Below, piece by piece: positions 35,618 through 44,431 of a stretch of DNA of 64,000 bases. Below the pieces are notes generated by a model. It made no database searches and had not been told where the DNA came from. It saw only the letters and a list, made by a program, of their open reading frames with translations. How positions within the stretch are numbered: the stretch's first letter is position 1; every line of letters starts with the position of its first letter. Origin of the DNA: Bacteroidales bacterium M3 (GTDB lineage Bacteria > Bacteroidota > Bacteroidia > Bacteroidales > Muribaculaceae); assembly GCA_001689445.1 (NCBI GenBank), contig LUJN01000040.1:2467-66466 (forward strand), read 5' to 3'. The translations under genes and the position numbers were made by a program.

Positions 35618-36751
35618 CTACTTCTTGCGGCGACGCACCGAGCGGGCGGCGTTGCTACTGCTGCTCTCCTTGATTTTTGACTCCTTGACCTGCGACTTCT
35701 TTGGCTTACTTTTCTTTGTAGCACGCTTGGTCGAGCGGCCGCTGCTCTTCTTGACGGCCGCCTCGTCGCGCGACGCTATCATCGTGGAGTCGCCGGCGGC
35801 AAGTGCCTCGGCCTGCTCGCGCGCCTCACGTGCCGCGATAATCTCCTCGCGGGTGGGCACCCACATCTTCTTCTCAAACGTAGTCAGACGCGTCTGTATG
35901 CTGTCCTGTGCCCGCTTGCGGTCATCGGGGTCGGGATAGAGCTGCATCATCGACTTGTTACGCAGATTGCGTGTCTTGTAGATATCCCCCTCGTACATGG
36001 CGAGCTGGAAGAAGTCGTCATAGGTGTACTTGGCGAGGTTGTTGTCGTCATCGACAAATATATATTGCTGGGCGAGATAGGGACGCAGGGCGTCAAACTT
36101 GATCCAGAACATCGGGTATTTCACCGCCTCGCCGCCAAAGTCGCCCGAGCGGTGAAGCACGGGGCATATCGCCTCGACGCGGGTCTTCATGCGGTTGCTG
36201 CGCGAGTCCATCTCCCAGCGTTCAAGAATGTAGTAGCTCAACACCTCATTGGCGGGCACGTCGCTCTCCTCTATGGTGAACTTGGGATTTTTCTCGGTCG
36301 AGCCTTTGGCATCGGTGTAAAGCACGTGGAAACGGTCGAGCATGTCGCGCACCTTTATGCGGTATTCGTCGGTGAACACCTCGCGACCGTCGAGATACTC
36401 GTAAGCCGGCACCTCATTGTTGGCAAGCAGGCGCATGATGATGCGGAACAGGCTCAATCCCCCCTCGGTAGGCTCCTCGGGAAAATAGAGCGGGGCATTT
36501 TTCACATCGTTGAGGTCAAGCTCGCGGTAGATGACACGCATCCACGACAGGTCGGCGTCGCTCTTGGGCGACTCCTCGTAGAACTGCTGCATACGCTGCG
36601 TCACACCCGCCTCCGACTGCTTGGACTTGTTGCGGTCATCGGCCCCACGGCGACGCACGACGCTGCTCGACGAGGAATCCTGGGCCATCGCCGACATCAT
36701 CGTGCCTCCGGCCACAAGTGCCAACAGAATATATCTTCTCAATGATTTCAT
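35618..36751 (-). CDS. gldN: T9SS ring protein GldN/PorN
   Basis: Signal peptide, then WMRVIYRELDL...NAPLYFP...GLSLFRIIMRLL blocks. It is the last gene of the gldKLMN order. The C-terminal tail is Lys/Ser-rich. Confidence 0.85.
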   Translation of the reverse strand: MKSLRRYILLALVAGGTMMSAMAQDSSSSSVVRRRGADDRNKSKQSEAGVTQRMQQFYEESPKSDADLSWMRVIYRELDLNDVKNAPLYFPEEPTEGGLSLFRIIMRLLANNEVPAYEYLDGREVFTDEYRIKVRDMLDRFHVLYTDAKGSTEKNPKFTIEESDVPANEVLSYYILERWEMDSRSNRMKTRVEAICPVLHRSGDFGGEAVKYPMFWIKFDALRPYLAQQYIFVDDDNNLAKYTYDDFFQLAMYEGDIYKTRNLRNKSMMQLYPDPDDRKRAQDSIQTRLTTFEKKMWVPTREEIIAAREAREQAEALAAGDSTMIASRDEAAVKKSSGRSTKRATKKSKPKKSQVKESKIKESSSSNAARSVRRRKK

Positions 36752-36825
36752 ATATCGTTATATTTCCTTTTTATCAATATCTATCAAACTGTGAACTTTG
36801 CACTTTGAATTGTGGACTGTGAACG

Positions 36826-38391
36826 TCAGTTCACGATGACTTCCATCGCCGGCAACTCGCGCTCGATGCCGTCGGGACCCACAGCCTTGACGCGGGTGAT
36901 GTAGAACCGCTTGCCGCGCGACAGGCGTCGGAACGAGTCCTTCTGACGCTGGGAGAAATTAGGTCCGTTGGAAACCTCGGGGATGGCGTTGCCCATCGAG
37001 TCAAAGAACGTGGTCTCGAAACTCAACACGTGATACTTCACGTTGAGCAAGTCATCGTCAATCGCAGCCTCGATACCCGGTGCAGCGAGCAACAGGGTCT
37101 TGGCAAACGGCTTCTGCCCCTTGTAACGCTCGGGATTGCCCTTGGCGTCATTGTAGGCGATGTAGGGAGTCGGGTCGGGCAACTTGCGCACGCGGAATGA
37201 GGTCGTAGCGACCGTCTGCGGGCGACCGTCTACATTGGCGGTCACCGTCACGACAGCCTCCGAGCCTACCTTTGTAGGATGAGCAAGCCATGTGTCGCCG
37301 TTGCGGGTGAGCGTGCCGTTGGTCATAGTCGCGCTGACACCCGACATCGGGACGCCCGGCACAGAGATGCTCAACGGATTGTCGATACCGGCATAAAGCA
37401 CATTCATCATCGTGGCGCTCACGGTGGCGGTAGGCTCGATGACAGTGTAGCTCGACGAGAAGTCGTGGCGCGTCACCGTCCCGTCGCCGTGGGGCACCTC
37501 AAGATACCCCTTGTAGTCAAACGTACCGGTCTGCCCCGTCACAAGCTCATACAGCCCGTGCTCGTTGGCGAGCTGCTTGCCGTTCACATAGATGAGCGGA
37601 CGCTGGGTGGTGTCGATGGCGGCAAGCACGATGTTTGCCGAGTATTTGCTGCCGCGCATCACGTTGCGCGACTGCGGTATCACAAACGCGTTCAGCTGGT
37701 TGACACGCACGTCGCCAAGGTCTACATTGGTCAGCAGCGTGGTGAGGGCCTCACCTTCGGCATATCGCACGTCGTTCTGCAACTTGGTGAGCAGCGTCAC
37801 GGCAGCCACAACAGGCATGTTGTCAAACATAGACTCCTCCCATGTGGACTTGCCGATAGTGCCCTTCTTGTGCTGCGGGGTGGTGGAGAGCGCCTTTGAT
37901 ATGATGGCGCGCTTCACCGAGTCAGTCATTATGGCGTTGACATATTCACGATATTGTTCGACATTTTGACGCAGACGGCGACCGTTGGCGTTTCCCGGCG
38001 CAAGCATCACCACTCCGGCGGCCTCAAGGTCATCCTTATGGAGGATATCGTCGGGGTTGCCATCCGAGCCGTCAGCCTTGATGACTATCGCGGTCTTCAG
38101 GGAGTCGATAAGGTTGTACAGCCCGTCGGTGACACGGCGCACCTCGACGGCCTTGTCATACCACACGCCCCCCTTCTCGGGGTTCTGCTCCTTAAACGCC
38201 TCAAGCCTGGCAAACAGGGCCTCGTTGCGCTGCGACACGTTGTCGTTGGAGCGCGACAGGCCGTCCTCAACCTGCGTGAAGCCGTTGAGCACGTCGCTTG
38301 ACACGTTGAGGGCCAGCATTGCCGTCAGGACGATATACATGAGGTTTATCATCTTCTGACGCGGTGTGAGCCTTGTACTGTTAGATCCCAT
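36826..38391 (-). CDS. gldM: T9SS/gliding motor protein GldM/PorM
   Basis: N-terminus RQKMINLMYIVLTAMLALNVSSDVLNGF. 521 aa. Confidence 0.9.
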   Translation of the reverse strand: MGSNSTRLTPRQKMINLMYIVLTAMLALNVSSDVLNGFTQVEDGLSRSNDNVSQRNEALFARLEAFKEQNPEKGGVWYDKAVEVRRVTDGLYNLIDSLKTAIVIKADGSDGNPDDILHKDDLEAAGVVMLAPGNANGRRLRQNVEQYREYVNAIMTDSVKRAIISKALSTTPQHKKGTIGKSTWEESMFDNMPVVAAVTLLTKLQNDVRYAEGEALTTLLTNVDLGDVRVNQLNAFVIPQSRNVMRGSKYSANIVLAAIDTTQRPLIYVNGKQLANEHGLYELVTGQTGTFDYKGYLEVPHGDGTVTRHDFSSSYTVIEPTATVSATMMNVLYAGIDNPLSISVPGVPMSGVSATMTNGTLTRNGDTWLAHPTKVGSEAVVTVTANVDGRPQTVATTSFRVRKLPDPTPYIAYNDAKGNPERYKGQKPFAKTLLLAAPGIEAAIDDDLLNVKYHVLSFETTFFDSMGNAIPEVSNGPNFSQRQKDSFRRLSRGKRFYITRVKAVGPDGIERELPAMEVIVN

Positions 38392-38504
38392 TTAGTTCAA
38401 TTTTAATGCATAATTCGTTTTTCAATGCATAATTCTTAATGCATAATGCATAATTAATAGATTCGTCTATAGCTCATTATGCATTGTGCATTGTGCATTA
38501 TGCA

Positions 38505-39464
38505 TTATGAATTATCGGAAGGTGTTTCAGGCATCGGGGGGACTACAGGACGGTACATGTTGACTGTCATGGCCGTTATCATCTTCTCGTAGACAGAGTT
38601 GAGCTGCTGCATGTAGCGCGCCATCTTCTCAGTCTCCTCACAGTAGCGTGCGCTCTGTGCCGACGACTTCTCGTACATGTCGCGTATATCCTTTATGCCA
38701 CGGTTGACGCGGTCGATGGAGTCGAGCTGCGACGACACGCTCTTGAGCTGTATCTCGTAGATAGTGTTCAGGCCGCCGATGTTGCGGTTGAGGTCCTGCA
38801 TCTGCTCCACATATCCGCTTGAGCTGCGGGTGATGTTCTCCGAGTTTTCGGTGATGGCACGGTATGACTCAAGCAGCACGTCCGACACCTTGTTGAGAGC
38901 CTGAGTGGTGTCGCGCAGGTGCTGCATCTCCTCCGAGATAGCGGCCATCTCCGACAGATATTGCTGGGTGGCGGTCGTCAACTCGGCCATGCGCGAGAGC
39001 TGGTCGCTCGCGGCGGCCATCTTGGCGATGCTCTCCGACAGCGACAGGGTGTCGGCCTCGCTGAGGTTGATGCCTTGCGGGATGCCGGCGGCATGGCGAG
39101 CCTGCTCGCCGCTGACAGCGTGTCCTCCGGCAGCAGAGCCTGTGCCACCGCCAATCACGATGCCGCCACCGCCGTTGAAGTCGGGACGGTCCTCGGGGTC
39201 CTTGGACGACAGGACGGGGAACACCTCCTCCCAGTTGTAGGACTTGGGGGGACGGTCAAAGGCGGTGAGGATAAACATCAGCACCTCCGTGCCCATACCG
39301 ATGGAGAGCAGCATGTTGCCGCCGGGGAGGTGAAGTATCTTGAACAGCGCACCCCAGATGACGATGGCGGCGCCTATACTGTAGGCGAAGTTGAAGAAGC
39401 GTTGCCCGTTCTCGCCCGAGAGAAAACGCTCGATGCTGTTTTTATATCTTTTGATTTTTCCCAT
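38505..39464 (-). CDS. gldL: T9SS/gliding motor protein GldL/PorL
   Basis: Two N-terminal TM helices (FNFAYSIGAAIVIWGALFKILHLPGGNMLLSIGMGTEVLMFILTAF) and a coiled C-terminal half. Confidence 0.9.
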   Translation of the reverse strand: MGKIKRYKNSIERFLSGENGQRFFNFAYSIGAAIVIWGALFKILHLPGGNMLLSIGMGTEVLMFILTAFDRPPKSYNWEEVFPVLSSKDPEDRPDFNGGGGIVIGGGTGSAAGGHAVSGEQARHAAGIPQGINLSEADTLSLSESIAKMAAASDQLSRMAELTTATQQYLSEMAAISEEMQHLRDTTQALNKVSDVLLESYRAITENSENITRSSSGYVEQMQDLNRNIGGLNTIYEIQLKSVSSQLDSIDRVNRGIKDIRDMYEKSSAQSARYCEETEKMARYMQQLNSVYEKMITAMTVNMYRPVVPPMPETPSDNS

Positions 39465-39512
39465 TGCAGTGTCTTAATGGTCGGTTGATATATTGTCTGA
39501 GTGATTGCTGTG

Positions 39513-40958
39513 TTACTTTTTCTTGCCTCCCGTGCCGCGTGCAAACCCTATCTGGGTGCGCACACAACGGAATCCGATGTAGGAACGTTGCTCGTTCTGA
39601 TACTCCCACATGCGTATGTCGCTGCGTATGTTGTGGGCGACATCCTTCCACGAGCCGCCGCGCACAATCTTACGCTTCATGCGGTAGGGGTCCTCCTTGG
39701 CCGCGTTGTAGCGGTATTCGGGATTGAGGTCGTTGGTGAGCTTACCGACGCTCTCGGTGTAGGCCGTCGAGGTCCACTCGCTGACATTACCCGCCATATC
39801 GTACAGTCCGAAGTCGTTAGGCGAATAGGTGCCCACGCGCGATGTTATTATGTGGCCGTCGCGCACATAGTTGCCCTCGGCCGGCTTGAAGTTGGCATAG
39901 AAGCACCCCTTGTCCTCGCTCAGAGGCAGGTCACCCTCCCAGGGATACTTGTTCTCCTTGACGCCGGCACGGGCCGCATACTCCCACTCGGCCTCGGTCG
40001 GGAGGCGGTAAGGCTCCACGTAGACACCCTCCTTGCCGAGCGAGCGACGCAGATAATCGGTGCGCCAGTTGGCAAAGGCGTTGGCCTGGTCCCAGCTGAC
40101 ACCGACAACTGGATAGTCGCTGTAGCCGCCGTGGGAGAAGTACATGCGCACGTAAGGCTCATTATATGCGTTCTCGAAGTCGTTGATCCACGCCGTCGTG
40201 TCGGGGTAGACGTTGACTATGTAGGTGTTGAGGAAGTCGTAGTCGCCCGTGAGGCCACGTGTGATGGTCTCGCGGATTATCTCCCCCTCGTCGTTGATGT
40301 AGGCGGTATCCTTGGAGATGACAGGAATATCTGTGGGCACGGGGCGATCGGTATTGTACTCGCGACGTGCGGGATTGAGACGGTTTTTGCGCTTGGCGGC
40401 CTCGGTGTGGTTGAATATCTCGTAGCGGTAATTCAGCTGCTCGGGGTCAAGCTCTCGTGCGCCCGTGATGGGATTGGTGCGGTATACACTCTCGATGGCG
40501 CGAGCCTCGTCCTCGTTGGGGTTGCGCCAGGGTATCGCCTTGTTCCAGTTGAGATACGGTTTCACGGGATTACCCTCGCGGTCCTCCTCTATCTTGAAGT
40601 CCTCGTTGCCTCCGTAGGCAGGGTCGGCAAGACGCTCGCGGATAATGGAATCACGCACCCAGAAAACAAACTGCTTGTATTTTGAGTTGGTTATCTCCGT
40701 CTCGTCCATCCAGAATCCGTCGACCGACACGCCACGGGCATCGGCACGCAGGTTCCAGAGGCTGTCGGCCTCCTGCGGGCCGACCTCCATAGAGCCACGG
40801 CTCACGAGCACCATGCCATAGGGAGTAGGCTCGGCCCACGATGTGCCGCCGACGCCGGTGACCTCGCCGCCGGCACCGCCACCCTTGCTCGACATGGCGC
40901 ACGATGATATCATCGCCGCCGCAAAGATTGGGAGAATATAAGTTGCTGTTTTTTTCAT
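39513..40958 (-). CDS. gldK: T9SS ring lipoprotein GldK/PorK (SUMF1/FGE-type domain)
   Basis: Lipobox (AAMISSCA). Contains the blocks PYGMVLV..GS, NVSEWT and RGGSWKD typical of the FGE-sulfatase domain. Confidence 0.9.
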   Translation of the reverse strand: MKKTATYILPIFAAAMISSCAMSSKGGGAGGEVTGVGGTSWAEPTPYGMVLVSRGSMEVGPQEADSLWNLRADARGVSVDGFWMDETEITNSKYKQFVFWVRDSIIRERLADPAYGGNEDFKIEEDREGNPVKPYLNWNKAIPWRNPNEDEARAIESVYRTNPITGARELDPEQLNYRYEIFNHTEAAKRKNRLNPARREYNTDRPVPTDIPVISKDTAYINDEGEIIRETITRGLTGDYDFLNTYIVNVYPDTTAWINDFENAYNEPYVRMYFSHGGYSDYPVVGVSWDQANAFANWRTDYLRRSLGKEGVYVEPYRLPTEAEWEYAARAGVKENKYPWEGDLPLSEDKGCFYANFKPAEGNYVRDGHIITSRVGTYSPNDFGLYDMAGNVSEWTSTAYTESVGKLTNDLNPEYRYNAAKEDPYRMKRKIVRGGSWKDVAHNIRSDIRMWEYQNEQRSYIGFRCVRTQIGFARGTGGKKK

Positions 40959-40960
40959 AA

Positions 40961-41944
40961 TTACATTATGCGTATGCTCTTGTGTTTGTTTTTGTTTTTT
41001 TCCGAGAAGTCCAGCTTGAGACTGTACCCGGCAAATATTTCATGGCTCCCGCTGCTTGCCTTTGAGATGGCCGAGAGCGGATAATCATAGCTGTAGCCGA
41101 GGAAAAATCCCTTGAATTCGGCGCTCAACATTGCCGAAACGGCATCATTGAGACGGTAGCCGACACCTGCCGTGAGAAACTTGTTGTACCTCACACGGCC
41201 GGTAATCTCGGCCTGGGTGAACGTGAAGTCGCTCTTGACAAGCACCGATGGCTGTATCTCAAATAACGTGTTTTTTATCGGAATATTGCTGCCTCCCATA
41301 AAATATAGCACGCGCCCGGCCTTGAACTCATAGTTCTTGGCCTCGGAGCCGTCGGTGCTCATCGTTATGGTGGGGGATGTCAGGTGTGTGGCCGATATAC
41401 CCGCCCAAAACCAGCGGTGGGTGTAGAACACGCCGGCGGCGATGTCAAACGCCGTGCCGCGTATGTCGGTCGTCGGGATAGCGTCATCGCTCCCCTGATG
41501 GTAGTCGTCATCGTCAGGCAACACAACCTCGCTCCCCTTGAACGACTCGTCGATAAGCCCCAGCTGCACACCGATAGTAAGCTGCCCTTTCCACAGTTTC
41601 AGCTTGTAGCCGGCCTGCACGCCCGCGCTCATGTTCTTGTAGAGGCCCATGCTCTCCTGCTGCAGCACGAGACCGAGGCCAAAACGCTTGTTGAACAGCT
41701 TCAGCGGCATGTCGCCCGTGATAAGGAACGTTTTGGGGGCCTTGGGGATGCCTATCCATTGCAGGCGGCTGCCGGCGCGGATGCGCAGGTAGTCGTTGTT
41801 GCCTATAGCCGAGGGATTATAATAGTTGGGCACCTCAAAATACTGGGTGAACTGCGCGTCGACCTGTGCCCGCAACGTCGCGGGCATGACGACAGCTACC
41901 GCCGCGAGCAGGATGGCTATGATATGTCGTGGGGATAAACTCAT
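40961..41944 (-). CDS. porP: T9SS membrane protein PorP/SprF
   Basis: DAQFTQYFEVPNYYNPSAIG...RAGSRLQWIGI..APKTF is the characteristic PorP/SprF N-terminus. The gene ends 2 nt before the gldK start. Confidence 0.85.
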   Translation of the reverse strand: MSLSPRHIIAILLAAVAVVMPATLRAQVDAQFTQYFEVPNYYNPSAIGNNDYLRIRAGSRLQWIGIPKAPKTFLITGDMPLKLFNKRFGLGLVLQQESMGLYKNMSAGVQAGYKLKLWKGQLTIGVQLGLIDESFKGSEVVLPDDDDYHQGSDDAIPTTDIRGTAFDIAAGVFYTHRWFWAGISATHLTSPTITMSTDGSEAKNYEFKAGRVLYFMGGSNIPIKNTLFEIQPSVLVKSDFTFTQAEITGRVRYNKFLTAGVGYRLNDAVSAMLSAEFKGFFLGYSYDYPLSAISKASSGSHEIFAGYSLKLDFSEKNKNKHKSIRIM

Positions 41945-41953
41945 GATACGGGG

Positions 41954-42682
41954 CTATTCAAAGTAGAACGATAAGACGACCATTTGGGTGGTAGCCTTCT
42001 TGACCGACTGGGTGAATTTCAGTTTTCCCGGATCGTCCACGAGGTCGGGACGGTCATGCTGTATGACATCGGTAAGCCCGAAACAGAACTTTATCTCGGG
42101 GATAAGCTTAAAAAACGGCATGTAGAAGTCACATCCGAGACCCACCGTGAGATATAGGTCGGAGGTTTTGACCTTGAAGAAGTCGCTGCGCTTCTTGGAG
42201 ACATCTATCGTCGGCATCACGCCTCCCACGAGATAAGGGCGGCAGTTATGGTAACGCATGGCGGCAAACTTCAGGTCGAGCGGCAGCACGATAAGGTTTG
42301 ACTTGATATTCTGCGACTCCTCGCCGCCGTTGGTGGTGTCCTTCATCTTTATCGGCCGGTTGCCGAAGTACATCCCCGGCGTGAAGCGCACGCTGAAATA
42401 GTCGTTGAGCCGCAGGCTCACAAGCCCGTTGACGCAAAATCCCGGGGAAAATGAGGGCTGTTCGACAAACCATGTCTCGCCATTCTCGGTGACATACCCG
42501 TTGTTGGTAAACTGCATGTCCTGTGTGTGCACCCCGATTGAAAACCCGAGATGCCAGCGGCGCATGTCGGCATACGGGCGGTTGAGCACCTTGTCGTTGC
42601 GCTGGGCTGCCGCGCCCAACGCCGAGACAAGCGCCACGCCCATCACAAGGATTAGAGTTGTCAGCCGTCGTAGGTTCATCAC
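41954..42682 (-). CDS. Outer-membrane beta-barrel protein, PorT/SprT-like
   Basis: 242 aa. Has a signal peptide, alternating beta-strand sequence and a C-terminal aromatic-acidic end (VVLSFYFE). The size and the position upstream of porP fit PorT/SprT. The assignment is tentative. Confidence 0.5.
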   Translation of the reverse strand: MMNLRRLTTLILVMGVALVSALGAAAQRNDKVLNRPYADMRRWHLGFSIGVHTQDMQFTNNGYVTENGETWFVEQPSFSPGFCVNGLVSLRLNDYFSVRFTPGMYFGNRPIKMKDTTNGGEESQNIKSNLIVLPLDLKFAAMRYHNCRPYLVGGVMPTIDVSKKRSDFFKVKTSDLYLTVGLGCDFYMPFFKLIPEIKFCFGLTDVIQHDRPDLVDDPGKLKFTQSVKKATTQMVVLSFYFE

Positions 42683-42827
42683 ATTCTTAACGCTCCCCCG
42701 CCCCGATTATTGCATTACGGCGCTCCCATTTTTGCCAACGGATACCATCCTAACATCGTTGAGTCATGAAACAGAACCATAAAAGGACTCGTCTCCTGCG
42801 AAGCCATCACCCAGCTGCCCACAAAAG

Positions 42828-44198
42828 TCAACTGCTAATAAGGTTTGATATGGCGTAGAGAGGACATATCTCCACCTTTCGTATTGCGTTAGAGTCTTCA
42901 GGATCTATGTATTCAAATCGACCGAAGTTTTCAAGCGAACACCTGACAGCCGAGACGAGTTCTTTCTCCCGCATGAATATCCAAAGGCTTTTCATTCCGC
43001 CTCTCATTCCTGCCTTTACCTCTACAGGAAGTACGCCTCCATCTCTTGCCTCTATATAATCAATCTCAGCCTGTGAGTTTTTTGCAAGACGTACCCAATA
43101 ATACAAATCATGCCGCAGATTGGGGGTCTTGTACCTCAAAAGTTCAAGCCCCGCAACCATTTCCGCCAAAGGGCCTTTGTTGACAAGGGCGGCTGTATCC
43201 TCAGTAAGAATATCGCTTGTCAACCTTGAAACATCCACGGAAGACATATTCAACAGACGCAGCAGAAGTCCTGAATCAAGAATCATCATCTTACGATAAC
43301 CAAAATCAGACTCACTTCCCAACGGAAGGCCATTGGCATCAGTCCTGACTGTTTGGATGCAGATTCCGGCAAGCAGAAGCATTTCAAGAGCCTTCTTGAC
43401 CTCCTCAGCCCTGTAACCGCCCCCCACTTCCGCATAGGAGAATTTTTTTGTCACCTGAGATGCAACACTCCTCAACGTAAGCCGCAGAAGGATGGGATCT
43501 ACTTTCTTCCGATATTTAGGGAAATCGTCCTCATAGCCGCTTATTATGTCATCCTGCACTTCCTGGCATTGCAGGTAGTCATGGGTTTCCACCCATTTTC
43601 CCACGACCTCGGGCATACCTCCCACAAGGAAATATGACCTGACCAATGCTATCAGTTTGTTATGGAGGGGCTCCGGTAATGGCCGGTCGGGGGATGCCTT
43701 ACGTTTATAATCAAGCATTAGAGTTTCGCCATTTGCTTCAAGATACTCATCAAAGGTCATAGCATACATATACATGCTGTGAATCCGTCCGACCCCGAAT
43801 GTCGGCAGTTCGGCGAGGGCAAATTCGAGCAAAGACCCCGCAGCAATGACATGCAGACCGGGCATATCCTCTTTGAAAAATCTCAGGGACATAATGGCTT
43901 CCTGGCATTCCTGAATCTCATCAAAAAACAGGAGTGTCTTTCCGGGTATTATAGGCATCGCACACATTGCGGATATTTCAGATACAATTCTGGTGACTAA
44001 AAGATCACGCTTAAATATTTTCTTGTATTCAGGCTGTCTCTCAAAGTTAATCTCTACAAAATTGTCAAATGTTTCCCCAAGATGACGAACCGCCGTGGAT
44101 TTGCCTACTTGTCTGGCCCCACGCAACAACATCGGTTTGTGGTCTTTCTTCTTAGCCCACTGTTCAAGATATCCGTCTATAATCCTCTTAAAATACAT
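42828..44198 (-). CDS. AAA-family ATPase with a DUF4143 C-terminal domain
   Basis: Starts at MYFKRIIDGYL. Walker A is LRGARQVGKST and Walker B is LLFFDEIQ. AT-richer than its neighbours. The ORF-track start at 44249 adds an unlikely hydrophobic extension. Confidence 0.7.
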   Translation of the reverse strand: MYFKRIIDGYLEQWAKKKDHKPMLLRGARQVGKSTAVRHLGETFDNFVEINFERQPEYKKIFKRDLLVTRIVSEISAMCAMPIIPGKTLLFFDEIQECQEAIMSLRFFKEDMPGLHVIAAGSLLEFALAELPTFGVGRIHSMYMYAMTFDEYLEANGETLMLDYKRKASPDRPLPEPLHNKLIALVRSYFLVGGMPEVVGKWVETHDYLQCQEVQDDIISGYEDDFPKYRKKVDPILLRLTLRSVASQVTKKFSYAEVGGGYRAEEVKKALEMLLLAGICIQTVRTDANGLPLGSESDFGYRKMMILDSGLLLRLLNMSSVDVSRLTSDILTEDTAALVNKGPLAEMVAGLELLRYKTPNLRHDLYYWVRLAKNSQAEIDYIEARDGGVLPVEVKAGMRGGMKSLWIFMREKELVSAVRCSLENFGRFEYIDPEDSNAIRKVEICPLYAISNLISS

Positions 44199-44275
44199 AA
44201 TAAAGTCTCGCTTTATGATTATGGGTATAAAGATACGCAAAACGGTCATAATGACAAAGACTTATCCACAATTTA

Positions 44276-44357
44276 TGTAAAAATCCAAACAATTAAATCA
44301 GCAGTTTTTGTAAAAATCCAAACAATTAAATCAGCAGTTTTTGTAAAAATCCAAACA
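44276..44357. repeat. 33-bp tandem direct repeat, 2.5 copies (tgtaaaaatccaaacaattaaatcagcagtttt)
   Basis: Copies start at 44276, 44309 and 44342. The first two are identical and the third is truncated after 16 nt. The repeat lies in the upstream region of the AAA ATPase gene. Confidence 0.9.
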
Positions 44358-44431
44358 CAAGCGGTCATAAAAGCCGATGGGGGGTTGGCATCGATGCCAA
44401 TCTCCCCATCGGAAATCGTATAACTGCCGCG

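Noticed and set aside
39501-40685. 394-aa plus-strand ORF opposite gldK
   Set aside because: It is an antisense shadow of a confidently identified gene, and its composition is not protein-like (runs of V/G/L/A/R).
44276-44357. Possible CRISPR array
   Set aside because: The 33-bp units are directly adjacent with no spacers, there are only 2.5 copies, and no cas genes are nearby. It is a simple tandem duplication.
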